Source: Eledone cirrhosa (lineage: Eukaryota). Taken from it: a DNA stretch of 64,000 nucleotides. Shown here piece after piece: positions 15,796-29,455 of the stretch. The stretch covers positions 20,274,001-20,338,000 of the forward strand of contig OZ024743.1 in assembly GCA_964016885.1 (NCBI GenBank). Direction: 5' to 3'. The notes below the pieces were generated by a model that was not told where the DNA came from, did no database searches, and was given only the letters and a program-made list of their open reading frames with translations. Both the position numbers and the translations under genes were made by a program. Positions within the stretch are counted from its first letter, which is position 1. Each line of letters starts with the position of its first letter.

Positions 15796-16185
15796 ACACA
15801 CACATTCTCATCACACACATATACATACACATGTGTGTGTGTGTGTGATTGTAGACACCTGACCATTTTTGCAAACCTCACCAATGAATACCCATTGTTT
15901 CCTTGGAATAAATAAACATAAAAAATTGGAGTGTCTCTCAGTGAGTTGGAGTTTGTCTATAGGTACTTATAGAACATTTCTTCTGCCTTTGTTTCTTTAA
16001 ATATAGTTTTTAAATCTATCAACCAATGACCTCCACCCTCTCCTACCACCAGAAAATGTATAAATACCACCGTATTATTTGGACATGATGATTTCTCCTG
16101 AATTAAACAGTTCTAGTCCTGTAGAAGCCATTTCTATATTATATTAAATATATATATATGCATGTATGTTTGTATCTATGTATGC

Positions 16186-16239
<54 letters not shown>

Positions 16240-16939
16240 ATACATGCATACATACATACATACATACATACATACATACATACATACATACATACATACA
16301 TACATACATACATACATACATACATACATACCAGTGGCAACTGCAGCATTCAAGCTACTCATGATTAGCCTGAGTAGTCCACCTGTCATCTAGTTCTAGC
16401 CAACAAAAATATCTGAGATAAAATAAAGTATCAGTAATGCACTGGGTAATTGCTGGCCTTGTGCCAAAAGTAGAAACAAACATATCTGAGAACACTATGT
16501 TCATTCTTGATTTGTAATATTTGCTCAAGTTCAAAAGTGTGACTCAGGCTGTCAAATTTTCATATTAACTATTGAGAATAAAACTATCTCATATGTTTTA
16601 AATTCGTTACTTTCAAAAGAAAATATAGCTTTGTTTCAGCTATATAAATGTTATATGAACAAAATTAATTTCCTTGACTTCTCAGGCTAACAAATTTCTG
16701 CCCAATAAATCTAATTAGCTCAATGAGCAAAGAAAAAGTTAGATGTTTAGGACCTTGGGTGGGATTGTCTGATTGTGATCTGTCATCATTAAGCAAGTAG
16801 CATTGCACAATGTGTATGTTATGTGCTTACATGTGTGTATGTGTGTGTGGTGTATAATGTGTTTATCTGTGTTTCTGCATATATGATATATGTCTGTGTG
16901 TTCATGACTTTTACAATCTTTGTATGTATATATAAAAAA

Positions 16940-17275
16940 AAAGGGTAAAGACCTCCTTCGGTCATGAATGACCATAGGATTTGCACCTAGAATGTTCCCC
17001 TTCGAGACACAAGTCCAGGCAATGTTGTTTGTCGAAGACTAGCAGTCACCTATGCATGCCTGTCTCCCCCCTCCACGCCACCAATGTTGTCCAAGGGAAA
17101 GGCAATGGCTGATAAATCTTGGCACCAGTGACGTCGCAACTCATTTCTACAGCTGAGCAAACAGGAGCAACATGAAATAAAGTGTCTTGCTCAAGAACAC
17201 AATGCAAAGCTCGGTCTGAGAATTGAACTAACACAATTGTAAGCCCAATGCTCCAACCACTAAGCCATGCACCTT
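16940..17275 (-). mobile_element. tRNA-CORE SINE with probable RTE-derived 3' part
   Basis: TGGCTTAGTGGTTGG head and CORE-like block as at 840; 3' part resembles 30900-31000. Confidence 0.75.
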
Positions 17276-17344
17276 TACATGTATACATATGTCTGTGTGT
17301 GTGTGTGTGTGTGTGTATACATACAAACACACACACAGACACAC

Positions 17345-18170
17345 ATCATCATCATCATCACCGTTTTACGTCCGTTCTTCCACGCTAGCATGGGTTAGAC
17401 GGGTTGTCCTGTTGTGTGCAGTGTTTGGTCGGCTGACCATGCCTTGCTCATACAGGAACTGATCTGGCTTGATTTCTACAGCTGGATGCCCTTCCTAACA
17501 CCAACCTCATTTACAGTGAGTGCTGGGTGCTTTTTCGTGGCGCCTACACGTCCACTTTACAGTGTGGGCTGGGTGCTTTTTTGCCGTGGCACCTCCACGA
17601 CCACCTTGGGTGGGGGGGGGGCATATTGTTTATATGCTTCAGCATGTACCCATGGGAGGTCGGGTACCCTGTATTACTGCGTGACGCCAGAAGTCACGGT
17701 CGTGTGTCATTTTCTTTGAGAGGTGTAATTGGGTAAGGTCGGCTTTTATCACCTCATCCCAGGTCATCTTGGGTCTCCCCACTCCGCGGTTTCCATCAAC
17801 TTCTAGTGCTCTGCACCTTTTTATGCAGCTGTCATCCTTCATACACATCACATGTCCATACCAGCGCAACCGCCTCTCCTGCACACAGCATTTGATTCCT
17901 CTTATGCTCAGTCTCTCTCTCAATTCATTTATGCTTTGTCGTTCACGTATATTACTGTTACACATCCATCGGAGCATGCAGGCTTCGTTTCTCTCTAATC
18001 TACGTAAGTCTTCCACCTTCAGCACCCAGGTCTCACTACCATGCAACATCGCTGTTCGGATACACGCATCATACAGTCTGCCTTTCATTCTGAGGGAGAA
18101 GCCTTTTGCAGCTAGCAGTGGTAGTAGTTCCCTAAACTTCTTCCATCCCGTTCTTACCCTAGTTATTGTA
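17345..18170 (-). mobile_element. RTE LINE subfamily B, 5'-truncated
   Basis: ORF 17639-18088 nearly identical to 8222-8671; (GAT)n tail. Confidence 0.93.
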
Positions 18171-18184
18171 CATATATATATATT

Positions 18185-18222
<38 letters not shown>

Positions 18223-19344
18223 TTTTATCACCTATGTATTTATTTATGTATGTGTGTGTGTGTGTGTCTGTATGTAAGAATTTTAAAACCCTTGAAGCAT
18301 ATAAAACATTAGAACAATCAATGCAAATCAGTAATCATACTAACTCATTCCTAAGGCTATGCTGAATAGTCACATATCATTGCAAAATATTTTCTTCTAA
18401 AAAAGGATTAAAAAAAACCTTCACTACCAATATTATATACAAGATTTCACAGAAAACAACAAAATAACACAAACATAGCATCTGTTGTAAATATCATACC
18501 GCGCTCAATCTGCTATAATAAAGCAGCCAAATCATATATAAAGACAGGATTCATAAGATCAGTGTTTCCCAATGTAAGTTGTGTGAAAATATACTGATGT
18601 CTGTTAATAAATCTTTTAAAAAAATATATCTTTTTTATATGAATAGATTCTCTCTCTTTTAAAAATGTTTGTTTCGTTTAAATTCTTATGAAAATTATGG
18701 TGGTGGGTATTGTCCATAAAATATAGCTATAAGTTCCATGATATTTTTTTGAAAAGTGTACAAGGTTCCTGATACAAAATAATCTACTACAGTAATACTC
18801 ATGACAGAAGAAGTGACTTGCTCAAAATGAGAAATTACTATATTTTGAATTACTTGATATGAAAAATGTTTGAAAATATTGCCCCCATACAGGAGATAAA
18901 CATTTGTAGAAATTGTTTCAGTTGAAGGTAAGACATCTGGTTTAAAAAATAGATCAGATGAGTGGGAGCCTTATTCTAAATAAATTCTGTAATTGGGTTG
19001 AACTTCATAAAATAGCCAGTTACCGAGTAATCATGGCATGTACACATAGATTTCTTCAATTGTATTTTTTTCCCCATATCCATATCCACTGTGTATTCCA
19101 CTGTATCATTCCTGGTACTGTCCAACATGCCCATTGAAGTCCACAGCTAGGATGATGAGATCTCTGTCATCTGTAACTGAGTATGCTTGTAAAAGTACCT
19201 CATAGAAACAGTTTTTTTGTGCCTTACTTGTGGTTGTAGCTTGAGATGATTATCATCATCATATTGCCTATGACTATTCTGAGCTTGAGAATTCTGTCAA
19301 TTATCTTATCTTCTTATATGTATTTATATATATCATCATCATTG

Positions 19345-19408
<64 letters not shown>

Positions 19409-20399
19409 CACATACATACCCACACACTATAATCTATGTGTAGGTGTATATGTATGTATATATAAATATATAAAGGATGTTAAAACGTGTGTTGATTTTT
19501 GTATTAATGTTTTTTTATGAAAAATAAAGATAATGGAACAAGTTAGAATACTCCCAGCAAAATTCTGACTCTTTTCTGTAAGCTAAGTGAAGATCAGTGT
19601 AATATTGACAAGTTTGTAAATCTGAAGCTGGAAGGATTTTACTGATATTTCCAATAGATACTTTTGCACACACAACACATAGAGAATGTATTCACATGTT
19701 TGAGATGGTGTAGCTCACACAGATAAATACTTTCTAACTCATTTAACAAAACACATTTGACAAAACACATTTGACTGTGAGGCAAACCTTCACTCAACAA
19801 CATGCTCTGCTCTACCAGTCATTGCTATTGTATTTCAACATCCTTAGAATGTAAGAAACTATGGTGCAGACATGGCCTGGTTGTTTACAAATTTGCTTTA
19901 CAAAATGTATGATTCCAGTTTCTAAACCTGACTATGGAATGATAAATAAGTGTCTCTAATATAGTCTCATGGCAAACAAAGGCTTGTGAATGAAGCTTGA
20001 ATGAGAGAAACTCATTGGAATCTAAATTAGATCCAACTAAAAAAAAAAGGAACAAAGGAAATAGATGACTCCTACTAGCTGAAGTACAGGCAACCTTGCT
20101 GGGGAAGCAATAATTTGGAATAAAGTATTTAATCATTAAGATAAAACATGCTAAAAATATGACATATTCAACCAGAAAGATTGGTGATTTTTTGTTATTG
20201 TCTGCTGTCTAATGACAAAGGACTGCAACAGTTTGCAAGATACTGTGAGACCCAATGATCAAAGTGTCTTCTGCTGAAGCCTAAGGTTGACCAATAGCTA
20301 GTGAGCAAAATTTCATGAATAGAAACTGTTCAGAAACTAATTTTATGTATGTGTGTTTTAGCATGTGTATGTGTGTGACAGTGTTACTGGTATTATATA

Positions 20400-20498
20400 A
20401 AAGGTTAACTTTGCCTTTCATCCTTATGGGGTCGATAAAATAAAGTACCAGTAATACACTGGGTAATTGCTGGCCTTGTGCCAAAAGTAGAAACAATT
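20400..20498 (+). repeat. Dispersed SINE-domain repeat (Meta/MESC-like)
   Basis: GCCTTTCATCCTTA.GGGGTCGATAAAATAAAGTACCAG; further copies near 16420, 22520, 27935, 33608(-), 33900, 40340, 45000, 53797(-), 55915; family name is from memory. Confidence 0.65.
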
Positions 20499-21399
20499 AT
20501 ATAAAAAATATAACTTTGATAAATATTGCATTGTATTAATCTTCTTTCAAACTTTAGATGCATAGAACTCTTGGTAACTTATTTGACATGCATCTTGCTT
20601 GAATCATTTCTTCCATGTTCATCCAATTTGTTACTTCAACTTCTCTCATCATAGTTTTGATCATATTCCTTTCAGTCTGCTAAATCTTCAACCTTTCCAC
20701 AGGTTGTAAATTAAAAATATGCTTTATAAGACTTATTTCTCTTCTGCAGATATGGTCCATCTAATTCACTCATGAAAATTTGTAAAAAATATTCACACCC
20801 ACTAACTTAACTATATATTCCTTTATGGAAAAGGTTATGTGCTGTTGCTAACTAATCCTCAACATAGTAGTTCTGTGCTAAGACAATGAATTGGCAGTAT
20901 TTGTTCCAGCTCTCAGCACTCTGAGTTCAAATTGCACTGAGGTTAATTCTACCTTTGACCCTTTTAGAGTTGACGAAATGTTATCTGTCTATGGTGGTTG
21001 ACTGGCAGAATTGTCACCACATTAATCTTGTTGCCTTGTAATATCTCTTTTAGACTTTGCATTCTGAGTTTACCTATGGCATCACTAGTACCAAGCTGCA
21101 TTGTACTTTTCCTTGGATAATACTGGTGGCAGGGAAATGTGAGACTTGCATGCAAGTCCAATTGCTGGACTTTCACAATAACTCTGTCCAAGCCTGATCT
21201 TTGGAGAGGAGTTTTTTAAGTATAGAGCTCAATAAATCTACAGAAGCCCTAAACGTTATTGGTCTATACGAAGGTGAATGTCTGTGAGTTTAAATAGTTC
21301 AGACAAGAGTAATGTAAAGTTTTATGATTGAATATGTTGATATTTTATTTGAAATCTATACTAGCTTCAACATTCCTATTGCTTTTTGGCTTTCTTTAA

Positions 21400-21786
21400 C
21401 TCTTAACATCTTGTAATGATATAGCAGAAAATATATGAAAATGAGTTTGTTCATTCAAATATTTATAGTAACCTTACTAGTGGATAAAAGGTTGTGGAAA
21501 TGTGCAGTATTAGAGTAAAAACTTTCATTTTGAACAAGGTTTAGTAATTTTTGTGGAGAATGTTGCACATACAAGGTTGTTAATAAACTCCTAACATCCT
21601 GTAATGATTTAGCAGAAAATATATAAAAATTGGTATGTTAATTCAAATGTTTATAGTATCTTTACTATAGATTTGTTGTACTAGAGTAAAGATTTTAATT
21701 TTTAATGTGATACTGTTATAGTGCTGTTTTGTACTTTTCAAGAATGTCACGCTGATGCAGTTTCATGTGGTGCATGTTGTTAAGAG
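21400..21786. mobile_element. piggyBac-like MITE
   Basis: TTAA|CTCTTAACA ... TGTTAAGAG|TTAA; internal diverged repeat at about 21403 and 21591. Confidence 0.55.
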
Positions 21787-23335
21787 TTAATCTTACTTGA
21801 AATTCCATACAAAGGGAACAATTACTAAATATATTCGTGTGAATATACTTACAAGTCTTTGTGATTTCAATCATTTATCCTTTTAAGTAGTGATCAAAGC
21901 TATAGATATTCTTCTAGACCCTCATTAGCTGAACAGACATAAAACAATCATGGATGTTATATTGAGAGAAAAACAAGCTGGGTATAGGAAAGGTAGGTAA
22001 GGCATATTATACAGCAAAGAAATGAATTGCATTCATCAATAGGCCTACATTTGACCAATTTTGAAAAAGTATTTGACAGCTTTTCTAACAAAATCTTAAC
22101 TAAACTTGAGGGAATTTGGTAAATCTCAGAAATATTGGACATCAATATAAAAACTAGATAATGAATGTGGTGATATATATAGAAATCAATATAATCCACT
22201 AAAACATCTGAAGGTAGTACGGCAGCATGGCTGCAGTCTAATGAGTGAAATCAGTAAAAGAGTAAAGGAGTATCAGTGGGGGACAACAGAAAAAGTAAAA
22301 CAACAATCAAAACATCCTATCCATGCTAGCGTGAAAGATGGATGTTAAATGATGGTGATGGCACTTAGTTATGTGATTATACTCTCATTATAACCATGTA
22401 GGCTTGGCCTTCCATGACCAATCAAATATGTGATGACAGAACTGAATCCTTACAGTATTGGACACAATGCCTTATGATATTTGTTGTGGCTCTTGGTCTG
22501 AATTCAAATTTCAACAAGATCAACTTTGTTTTTTATATTTCAGGAGTTGATAAAATAAAGTACCAGTCAAATATTGGAGTTGATTTAATTGATTGCCAAT
22601 CTGTGACAACATGCAATGGGCTAACAATGTACAGTAGTGACAAAATCCTCAGGTTTTTAGTGACAAGTGAAGTGAAACACTGGTTTGAGTTACACTGCTG
22701 TCAATATTATGTTACTGTAACACTCTATATTACAACTAATGCAACACACACACATACACTAATCTTTACATTCATTCAAATATACACACTCACTCTTTCC
22801 CAAAGCAGATCCCATTAAAAAGGGATAATGTAAAAGAAAAAGATGGTTGATCAGATAAGTACCAACCAATGTACTGGGACTGATATAATCAAATACATTT
22901 TTTTTATTAAGATGGCCACTAGTATGGCTGCAATCCAATGTCTGAGCCTAAAAACAGAATAAAATTTCTGCATGATTAGAAATGCAATCCTCTGGAAATT
23001 GGTATCACTTCATGTTTCCCTATCTTGAACATCAACAAGCAGGAATTTAAACTGATTTCTAAGATTTACATCACCAATCAAAGAGTGCTCAAATGCTAAG
23101 GTCATAGTATTACTATTCCAATCACAAAATGAATCAAATAATTTAATTTGATATAGAGAAAGCATAAATATGTCAAGGTTGATCTTTTGGAAAAATGTAT
23201 ACATACGCATGAAAGATTGCTGTTAGGACAACAGAGGCAATGCCACTCAAGATTTTAGACTATCTATCTGTATCAGTTATTAAGAATGAATGTTTGTATT
23301 TGTATTTGAAATGTTTTGTGTTTTCTTATGTGTAA

Positions 23336-23628
<293 letters not shown>

Positions 23629-23676
23629 TGAAATATATGAAATATAAGAATCAAAGAACTGTTCAAAACATTATTG

Positions 23677-23723
23677 TGCTTACAGCTGTTTCCTCCAAAC
23701 CGAGGTTTGGATTCTTCGGAGCA
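23677..23723 (-). ncRNA. Hammerhead ribozyme, inverted pLTR copy
   Basis: Reverse complement of 26935-26981. Confidence 0.75.
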
Positions 23724-23814
23724 ATTTATTAATGCATGGACAGTTATATGACCTCCTTTTCAGCCGAGAGACATACCAAATACATATTCAAACATTGATA
23801 CATATTCAAACATT

Positions 23815-25518
23815 GTGGGTCAACATTCATTACAGAATTTAGAGTGGCAGTACACCTCTATTTCCCCTATCCTATTAAATAAGGCACTTATCATGGCCAT
23901 GACCAATAGCGACCTGACTAGAGCCCAGGTTGATGTCATCCTTGCGGCCCGTAAAACCATAATCACCTTCGAGGACCAACTATGGACACGCAAGGATACG
24001 CACAACAACTTCGACATAACCATGGGATCTAGTGACTCGGCGCAGGTCACTGATTTGGTCGGCCTATACCTCCTCAATGAAATCCATAAAGACCTCCCTT
24101 ACCTCAACGGTGGTTTGTACCGCGATGATGCACTTCTACTCATAGAATATAAAAAATTTAATATAGAAAGAACTAGAAAACAACTGCATAAGACATTCAA
24201 AAACTTTAACCTTAGTATCACCATGGACAAAAACACTAAAAATGTTAACTTCCTAGACGCCACACTATACCTAGACTCAAAAATATATACACCTTTCCAT
24301 AAGCCTAATGAGAAACTTATTTACGTAGATACCAAGTCTAATCACCCTAGATCAATATTAAACTCTATCTCTAAGGGGGTGTCCAATAGAATCTCTAGTC
24401 TGTCCTATGACGCAAACATATTTAGCAAAAACTCACAATATTACAATCAAGCATTAGCTAGCTCCGGCCATAATATAGAAATTGAGTTCCTACCTAAGAA
24501 AACACATAGCTACAACATAATCTCGCACAACATGTCCATGAGGAAATCTAATAATAGGAATAGCAACCACAAGTACACCAAAGCGGAGGGTGCCACAGGA
24601 AGTAACCATTACCATGGAAACTACTGTGAGGCCTTAGGAGGAAGCAACACACCAAACACTAAAAACAAAAATAGAAGAAGAAATAATACATTTTTCAACC
24701 CTCCTTTCAACCTAAATGTCTCCACCAACATACCTAGGGCTTTCTTCTCACTACTAGATAAAAACTTCCCTCTAGGACACAAGTACCACAACCTCTTAAA
24801 CAAAAACACCATTAAAATCTCATACTCTACGACGCCTAACTTAGCATACCACATAGCTAGCAGCAATAATAGTAAAATTAGTTCTTACTTCCAACAAACA
24901 AAATCACAACAGGATGCAAACCCTCTAAATACCACTGTAGCAAGCAACAATAACAACGGCAGTAACAATAGAAATAACACTAGTATAAGTAATAACACCA
25001 GGGTTGCCAACCCGAACACCCAAAATCCTATATCCACCACACAGACTTCCGCATTGCATTATAACCAGCGGACTAACGCACAGAATAATTGTAACTGTAG
25101 AGCTAATAGAACCTGCCCTTTAGATAAAAAATGCCTAACCAAGGATGTCATATACTCATGCACAGTCACGACTAATAACTCTTCAGAAACCTATGTAGGC
25201 TCCACTTCTAACTGCTTCAAAATCAGATATAACTCGCACATCCACTCGTTCAAAAAGCACAGCCTAGCCAACTCCACCTCACTTTCTAGCTACATACACT
25301 ATCTAAAATCTAAAAATAAACCATACACACTCAAATGGGAAGTGATAGGCAGCGCGACCTCGTACAAACCACCTAATAAATTCTGTAACCTCTGTATTCT
25401 AGAGACACACAATATTATCTTCTCCAACCGTAACCTACTTAACAAAAAATCTGAGGTGTTTGCAACTTGCCAGCACCGCCTCAGACATTCCTTCCAAAAC
25501 TTTAAGCCCTATATATAG
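23815..25518 (+). CDS. PLE reverse transcriptase + C-terminal GIY-YIG endonuclease, N-terminally truncated
   Basis: ITMGSSDSAQ, LYRDD, VNFLD, SNHP; CNCR..CPL..CL then VIY...YVG...FKIRY..H...LE...LLN; element-derived coding sequence starts at about 23856. Confidence 0.9.
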   Translation: MGQHSLQNLEWQYTSISPILLNKALIMAMTNSDLTRAQVDVILAARKTIITFEDQLWTRKDTHNNFDITMGSSDSAQVTDLVGLYLLNEIHKDLPYLNGGLYRDDALLLIEYKKFNIERTRKQLHKTFKNFNLSITMDKNTKNVNFLDATLYLDSKIYTPFHKPNEKLIYVDTKSNHPRSILNSISKGVSNRISSLSYDANIFSKNSQYYNQALASSGHNIEIEFLPKKTHSYNIISHNMSMRKSNNRNSNHKYTKAEGATGSNHYHGNYCEALGGSNTPNTKNKNRRRNNTFFNPPFNLNVSTNIPRAFFSLLDKNFPLGHKYHNLLNKNTIKISYSTTPNLAYHIASSNNSKISSYFQQTKSQQDANPLNTTVASNNNNGSNNRNNTSISNNTRVANPNTQNPISTTQTSALHYNQRTNAQNNCNCRANRTCPLDKKCLTKDVIYSCTVTTNNSSETYVGSTSNCFKIRYNSHIHSFKKHSLANSTSLSSYIHYLKSKNKPYTLKWEVIGSATSYKPPNKFCNLCILETHNIIFSNRNLLNKKSEVFATCQHRLRHSFQNFKPYI

Positions 25519-26934
25519 CAATGTCGGACTGGAACCTAACACCACATCTAGCATCAAACACCAGAAACACACCCTATACTACATACCCAACACTAGCTGA
25601 TCCATTATAACACAAACAACGGCATCCCTCTGGAACCCTTCGCAGGGAAAATACCCATTTATACCTCTACGGCAGGTGTGACAACATCCACCCACTTGAT
25701 GGCACTACACCGCTCTAAGGGTAATTTTGAGCATGAATTGATCGGTTGGATGTTGTTGGGCAGAGGAAACACCTTCCTTAGACAGATGTAAAATGATTTA
25801 ATCGAGTAGCGCTGTTGACCAGTAGGACCGGGCTGCTGAGCGCAGTGAGTGAATGCAATGCAACTGCCGTGCGGGTTGTACGTATATGGATGATCTGACG
25901 GTCAGAGAGGGGTCGCGAGGACTGCGGATTGACCTTGGCCTGCCTGGGGACGATTATCTTTCGACATCCAATGTAGCAAGCGATGACCCAGATCTTACCA
26001 GAGATCATTGGGTCCTGAAGCAATCCTGCAATCACCGCGCCTGGTCATATGAGCAGACTACAACCACAGAGATCATTTTAGAATCCTCGCTCATCATCTA
26101 TAATTTCCATTTGTAGCACCTTAAGATGGGTTAATCCACCTTAATAATAATATAAACTACTCTATAGTTAGTACACTTTATGCTTTAAAAGTCTCTCTTG
26201 GAAGGTGCACCTCACCATAGAATTTAGGGTCTATATTGGGACACATTTTAATGGCTAGATATAGAAACCCCAGAGTTACCTCCCCGCATGCATTAACTCC
26301 CCTTAGCCACACACACACTTCCGGTATTCAATGGCGTTTCTCGAAACGTAACATCCCCCTGTATCGAACTAAAGAACACCAGACTACGATCTCTTACTGG
26401 ATTGTCGTGGATTATGTGAAAGGCATATAATCGAAATATACACTCCCTTGACCATGAAAATGCCGAAGTACATGAATTACTTGACATCCCTGCGCTGTGC
26501 ATCTCCAATACTTATAACACTTTTAATGCTTGCACTATCTTTAATGCTTATAATATTTCTCCACACACAGACTATATCAATCATATAAAGACTTTGCCAC
26601 CAGACCTACCAACCTAACACTCTTATTTACCTACCTAAGTGCCTCTACCACACATATCTCTCTGCCACACTATATAAACAAGACGCACATGCGTGCCACA
26701 CATATAACATTTGTACTATATAACCACTTATCTTCATGTTGTACTTTAACCTATATCTTTGATTTTTGATTGTACCTATTAATATAAATGTAATCTCGAA
26801 GTGTGTACTGCCACTCTAAATTCTGGAATGAATGTTGACCCACAATGTTTGAATATGTATCAATGTTTGAATATGTATTTGGTATGTCTCTCGGCTGAAA
26901 AGGAGGTCATATAACTGTCCATGCATTAATAAAT

Positions 26935-26981
26935 TGCTCCGAAGAATCCAAACCTCGGTTTGGAGGAAACAGCTGTAAGCA
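26935..26981 (+). ncRNA. Type I hammerhead ribozyme with CCGAAGA core variant
   Basis: TGCT-CCGAAGA-A-TCCAAACC-TC-GGTTTGGA-G-GAAA-CAGCTG-TA-AGCA; palindromic stem III, GUA site. Confidence 0.78.
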
Positions 26982-27182
26982 CAATAATGTTTTGAACAGT
27001 TCTTTGATTCTTATATTTCATATAACTGCTCTGTAAATCATCTGATGTTTTTACATTGAGCTACTTAACTTACTGGTAATAAGGTAGTAATACATTACTG
27101 CCTACCACTATTTAGGGTGTGTGTAAAATACTTACAACTGCTTAAGGCTTTGTATTTACATAACCATAAATAGTATAACTAA

Positions 27183-27253
<71 letters not shown>

Positions 27254-29077
27254 CAAACATTATCATCATCATCACCATCTCCAACACCACCATTATCATC
27301 ATCATTTAATGACCGTTTTTCCCTTCTAGGTTGTCACAGAACAAATCAGTATTTAATTGGCGCTACTAATCTCGGAGTTGTGTCGGGAGCAAATATTTGC
27401 TTACATACCTCCCCACACACTTGTGAGTGCATCATGCATTTTATAGTATATGTGTGTGTGGGTGTTTATATATATATATAATCATCATCATCATCATCAT
27501 CATCATTGTTTTAATGTTCACTATCCTTGCTCAAAATTTTTGTGTCTAAATAATTATAAAGGAATTCTAAATAAATATTTTCCAGTAGAACGTTTTCGAG
27601 AGAGCATAGCATTTGTGAGAAAGAGGAACAGAAATCTAATTCAATTATTATTACAGAAATTCAGAAAATGGCATCCTTTTAATGAATAAAAATTTAGATA
27701 TAATAATAATTATTCATACTTCCATTTGAACACCACCACCACCACCACCACCACCACACACACAGACACATACAACTGCAGAGTTCAGAACAGCAACAGA
27801 GAATAATTTCAGTGACATATTGCTAAATATATACATTTTACTTTATTTTACTATTCAGCACTTTTTTCTTGTTTGCAAATCCAAATGCACATGTGTGTGT
27901 GTGTATGAATGTTCTTCTGGTTTTAGGATGAAAGGTTAGCTTTGCCTTTCATCCTTCGGGATTGATAAAATAAAACACCAGTCACACACTGGGGTCGATT
28001 TAATCAACTTTCCTCTTCCCCAAAATTGCTGGCCTTGTTTAAATCAGAAACCATTATTTAATATATTTTTATCCACTAGAAAGAGAGACGGTTTCTAACA
28101 TAGACACAAAACTCTTTCATTGGAATTTAGATGTCAACTAGGTAAATATCTGTGTGTGTCTGTATACGTTTATGTGTGTGCAAGTGTGGCTGTTATTGTA
28201 TGAGTGGATCTGCATGTTTTGAGTTATATGTGTACATGTGCAAATGTTTCTGCGTCTACACATGTATATATGCTGTTATTACATGTATGTATATATATAT
28301 ATATATATCATGTGTGGATGTGGATGTGGAAGTGAACATACATGCACACACATGCTCATGTATCCATTGATTTGTTTGCAAATATGTGAGCATATCCTAT
28401 TGTTAGATTATTGATTTTCAAAGATATCTTTAATGTTTCGACATTCATCTACTCCTACCTACCCCACAACACTATAGTATTATTGCTGTTTTGCATTATC
28501 ACCTTTATACTAGTGCTATACTAAATGAAGACAGCCAAAAACTGATTGATTGTAATCAGATTCTTTACTAATTTATTTATTCATTTAATTTTTTCATACT
28601 TCAGTGAAAGTATGGTAGGAAATTAGAGTTGCTTATAAATTATACCAAACACAGAGCACGAAATTCACACTAACACAAGCTTATATAGTAGTTGTGTTTA
28701 TAGATTCTCTATTTTCAATATTCAGTTATGAGTTTTAATATAAATTCAATGATAACAAAAATTCAAATAACAAAAAAGCAAAAAAAAAATAGTATTATTA
28801 GCACTATCACATCAGCAATGACTGAGTCTTTGGATTTGTTTGTCCTATATTCCTGCAATAAGTTCTATTAATTCCCACCAGGTTTTCATTTTGCAACATG
28901 TAGGCCTACCTCATCAAATTGAAAATGAAATATTCTGGTTATTATATTTTCTCTGTCAGAATATAAAGAAGCTATTGCAATTGAGACATGTTAAGTGTGT
29001 CAAATAAATGTGTCGAACAAATAAGCATATATACTTGATGTTCTCAAACTCTTACTTGATGAAATATAAAATGTGTA

Positions 29078-29455
29078 TCTTCTTCTTCTTCTTCTTCTTC
29101 TTCTTCTTCTTCTTCTTCTTCTTCCCAAGTGGGTCGTGGGGGAAGAGTCCACAAACACTCCCTCCAGCAAGTCTTGTCAAAAGCAACTGTCTCCAACTGA
29201 TCAAGTGAGATCAGTCAAGCTCATGGAAGTTATTCAACGATCTCGTTCAGGGTTTACCCTTAGGTCTCCTGCCAGTTGGGTTTGCCCATAAAATCTGTCC
29301 AGCGATTCTTTCCTGAAAAATTCTAACTACATGCCCGTAGTATCAGAGCTGTGCTCTCTCAATTCAGAAAAATAGTGGCTCTACCTGGAATGCCTGTCTG
29401 ATCTCTGAGCTACGCACTTTAATGAGTAACATTACTCCAAAGACCCTTCAGAGTG
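29078..29455 (-). mobile_element. Old RTE-like LINE 3' end with (GAA)n tail
   Basis: (TTC)n tract followed by sequence whose minus strand gives decayed YYGHVVR and GRPRVNP motifs. Confidence 0.55.

Larger units (their letters stand above)
23634..27186 (+). mobile_element. Penelope-like element, 5'-truncated with inverted pseudo-LTR
   Basis: 23634-23855 is the reverse complement of 26803-27023; RT and GIY-YIG ORF; HHR in pLTR; tail extends to (TA)n at 27186. Confidence 0.92.

Noticed and set aside
16081-16122. Hammerhead-like remnant (related to about 9075-9115 minus)
   Set aside because: GAAA is replaced by TAAA and the core differs between the two copies; too degenerate to call
25978-26022. 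Possible SECIS element in the PLE 3' region (ATGA...hairpin...TGA)
   Set aside because: No apical AA motif at the expected spacing and no in-frame TGA in the visible ORF
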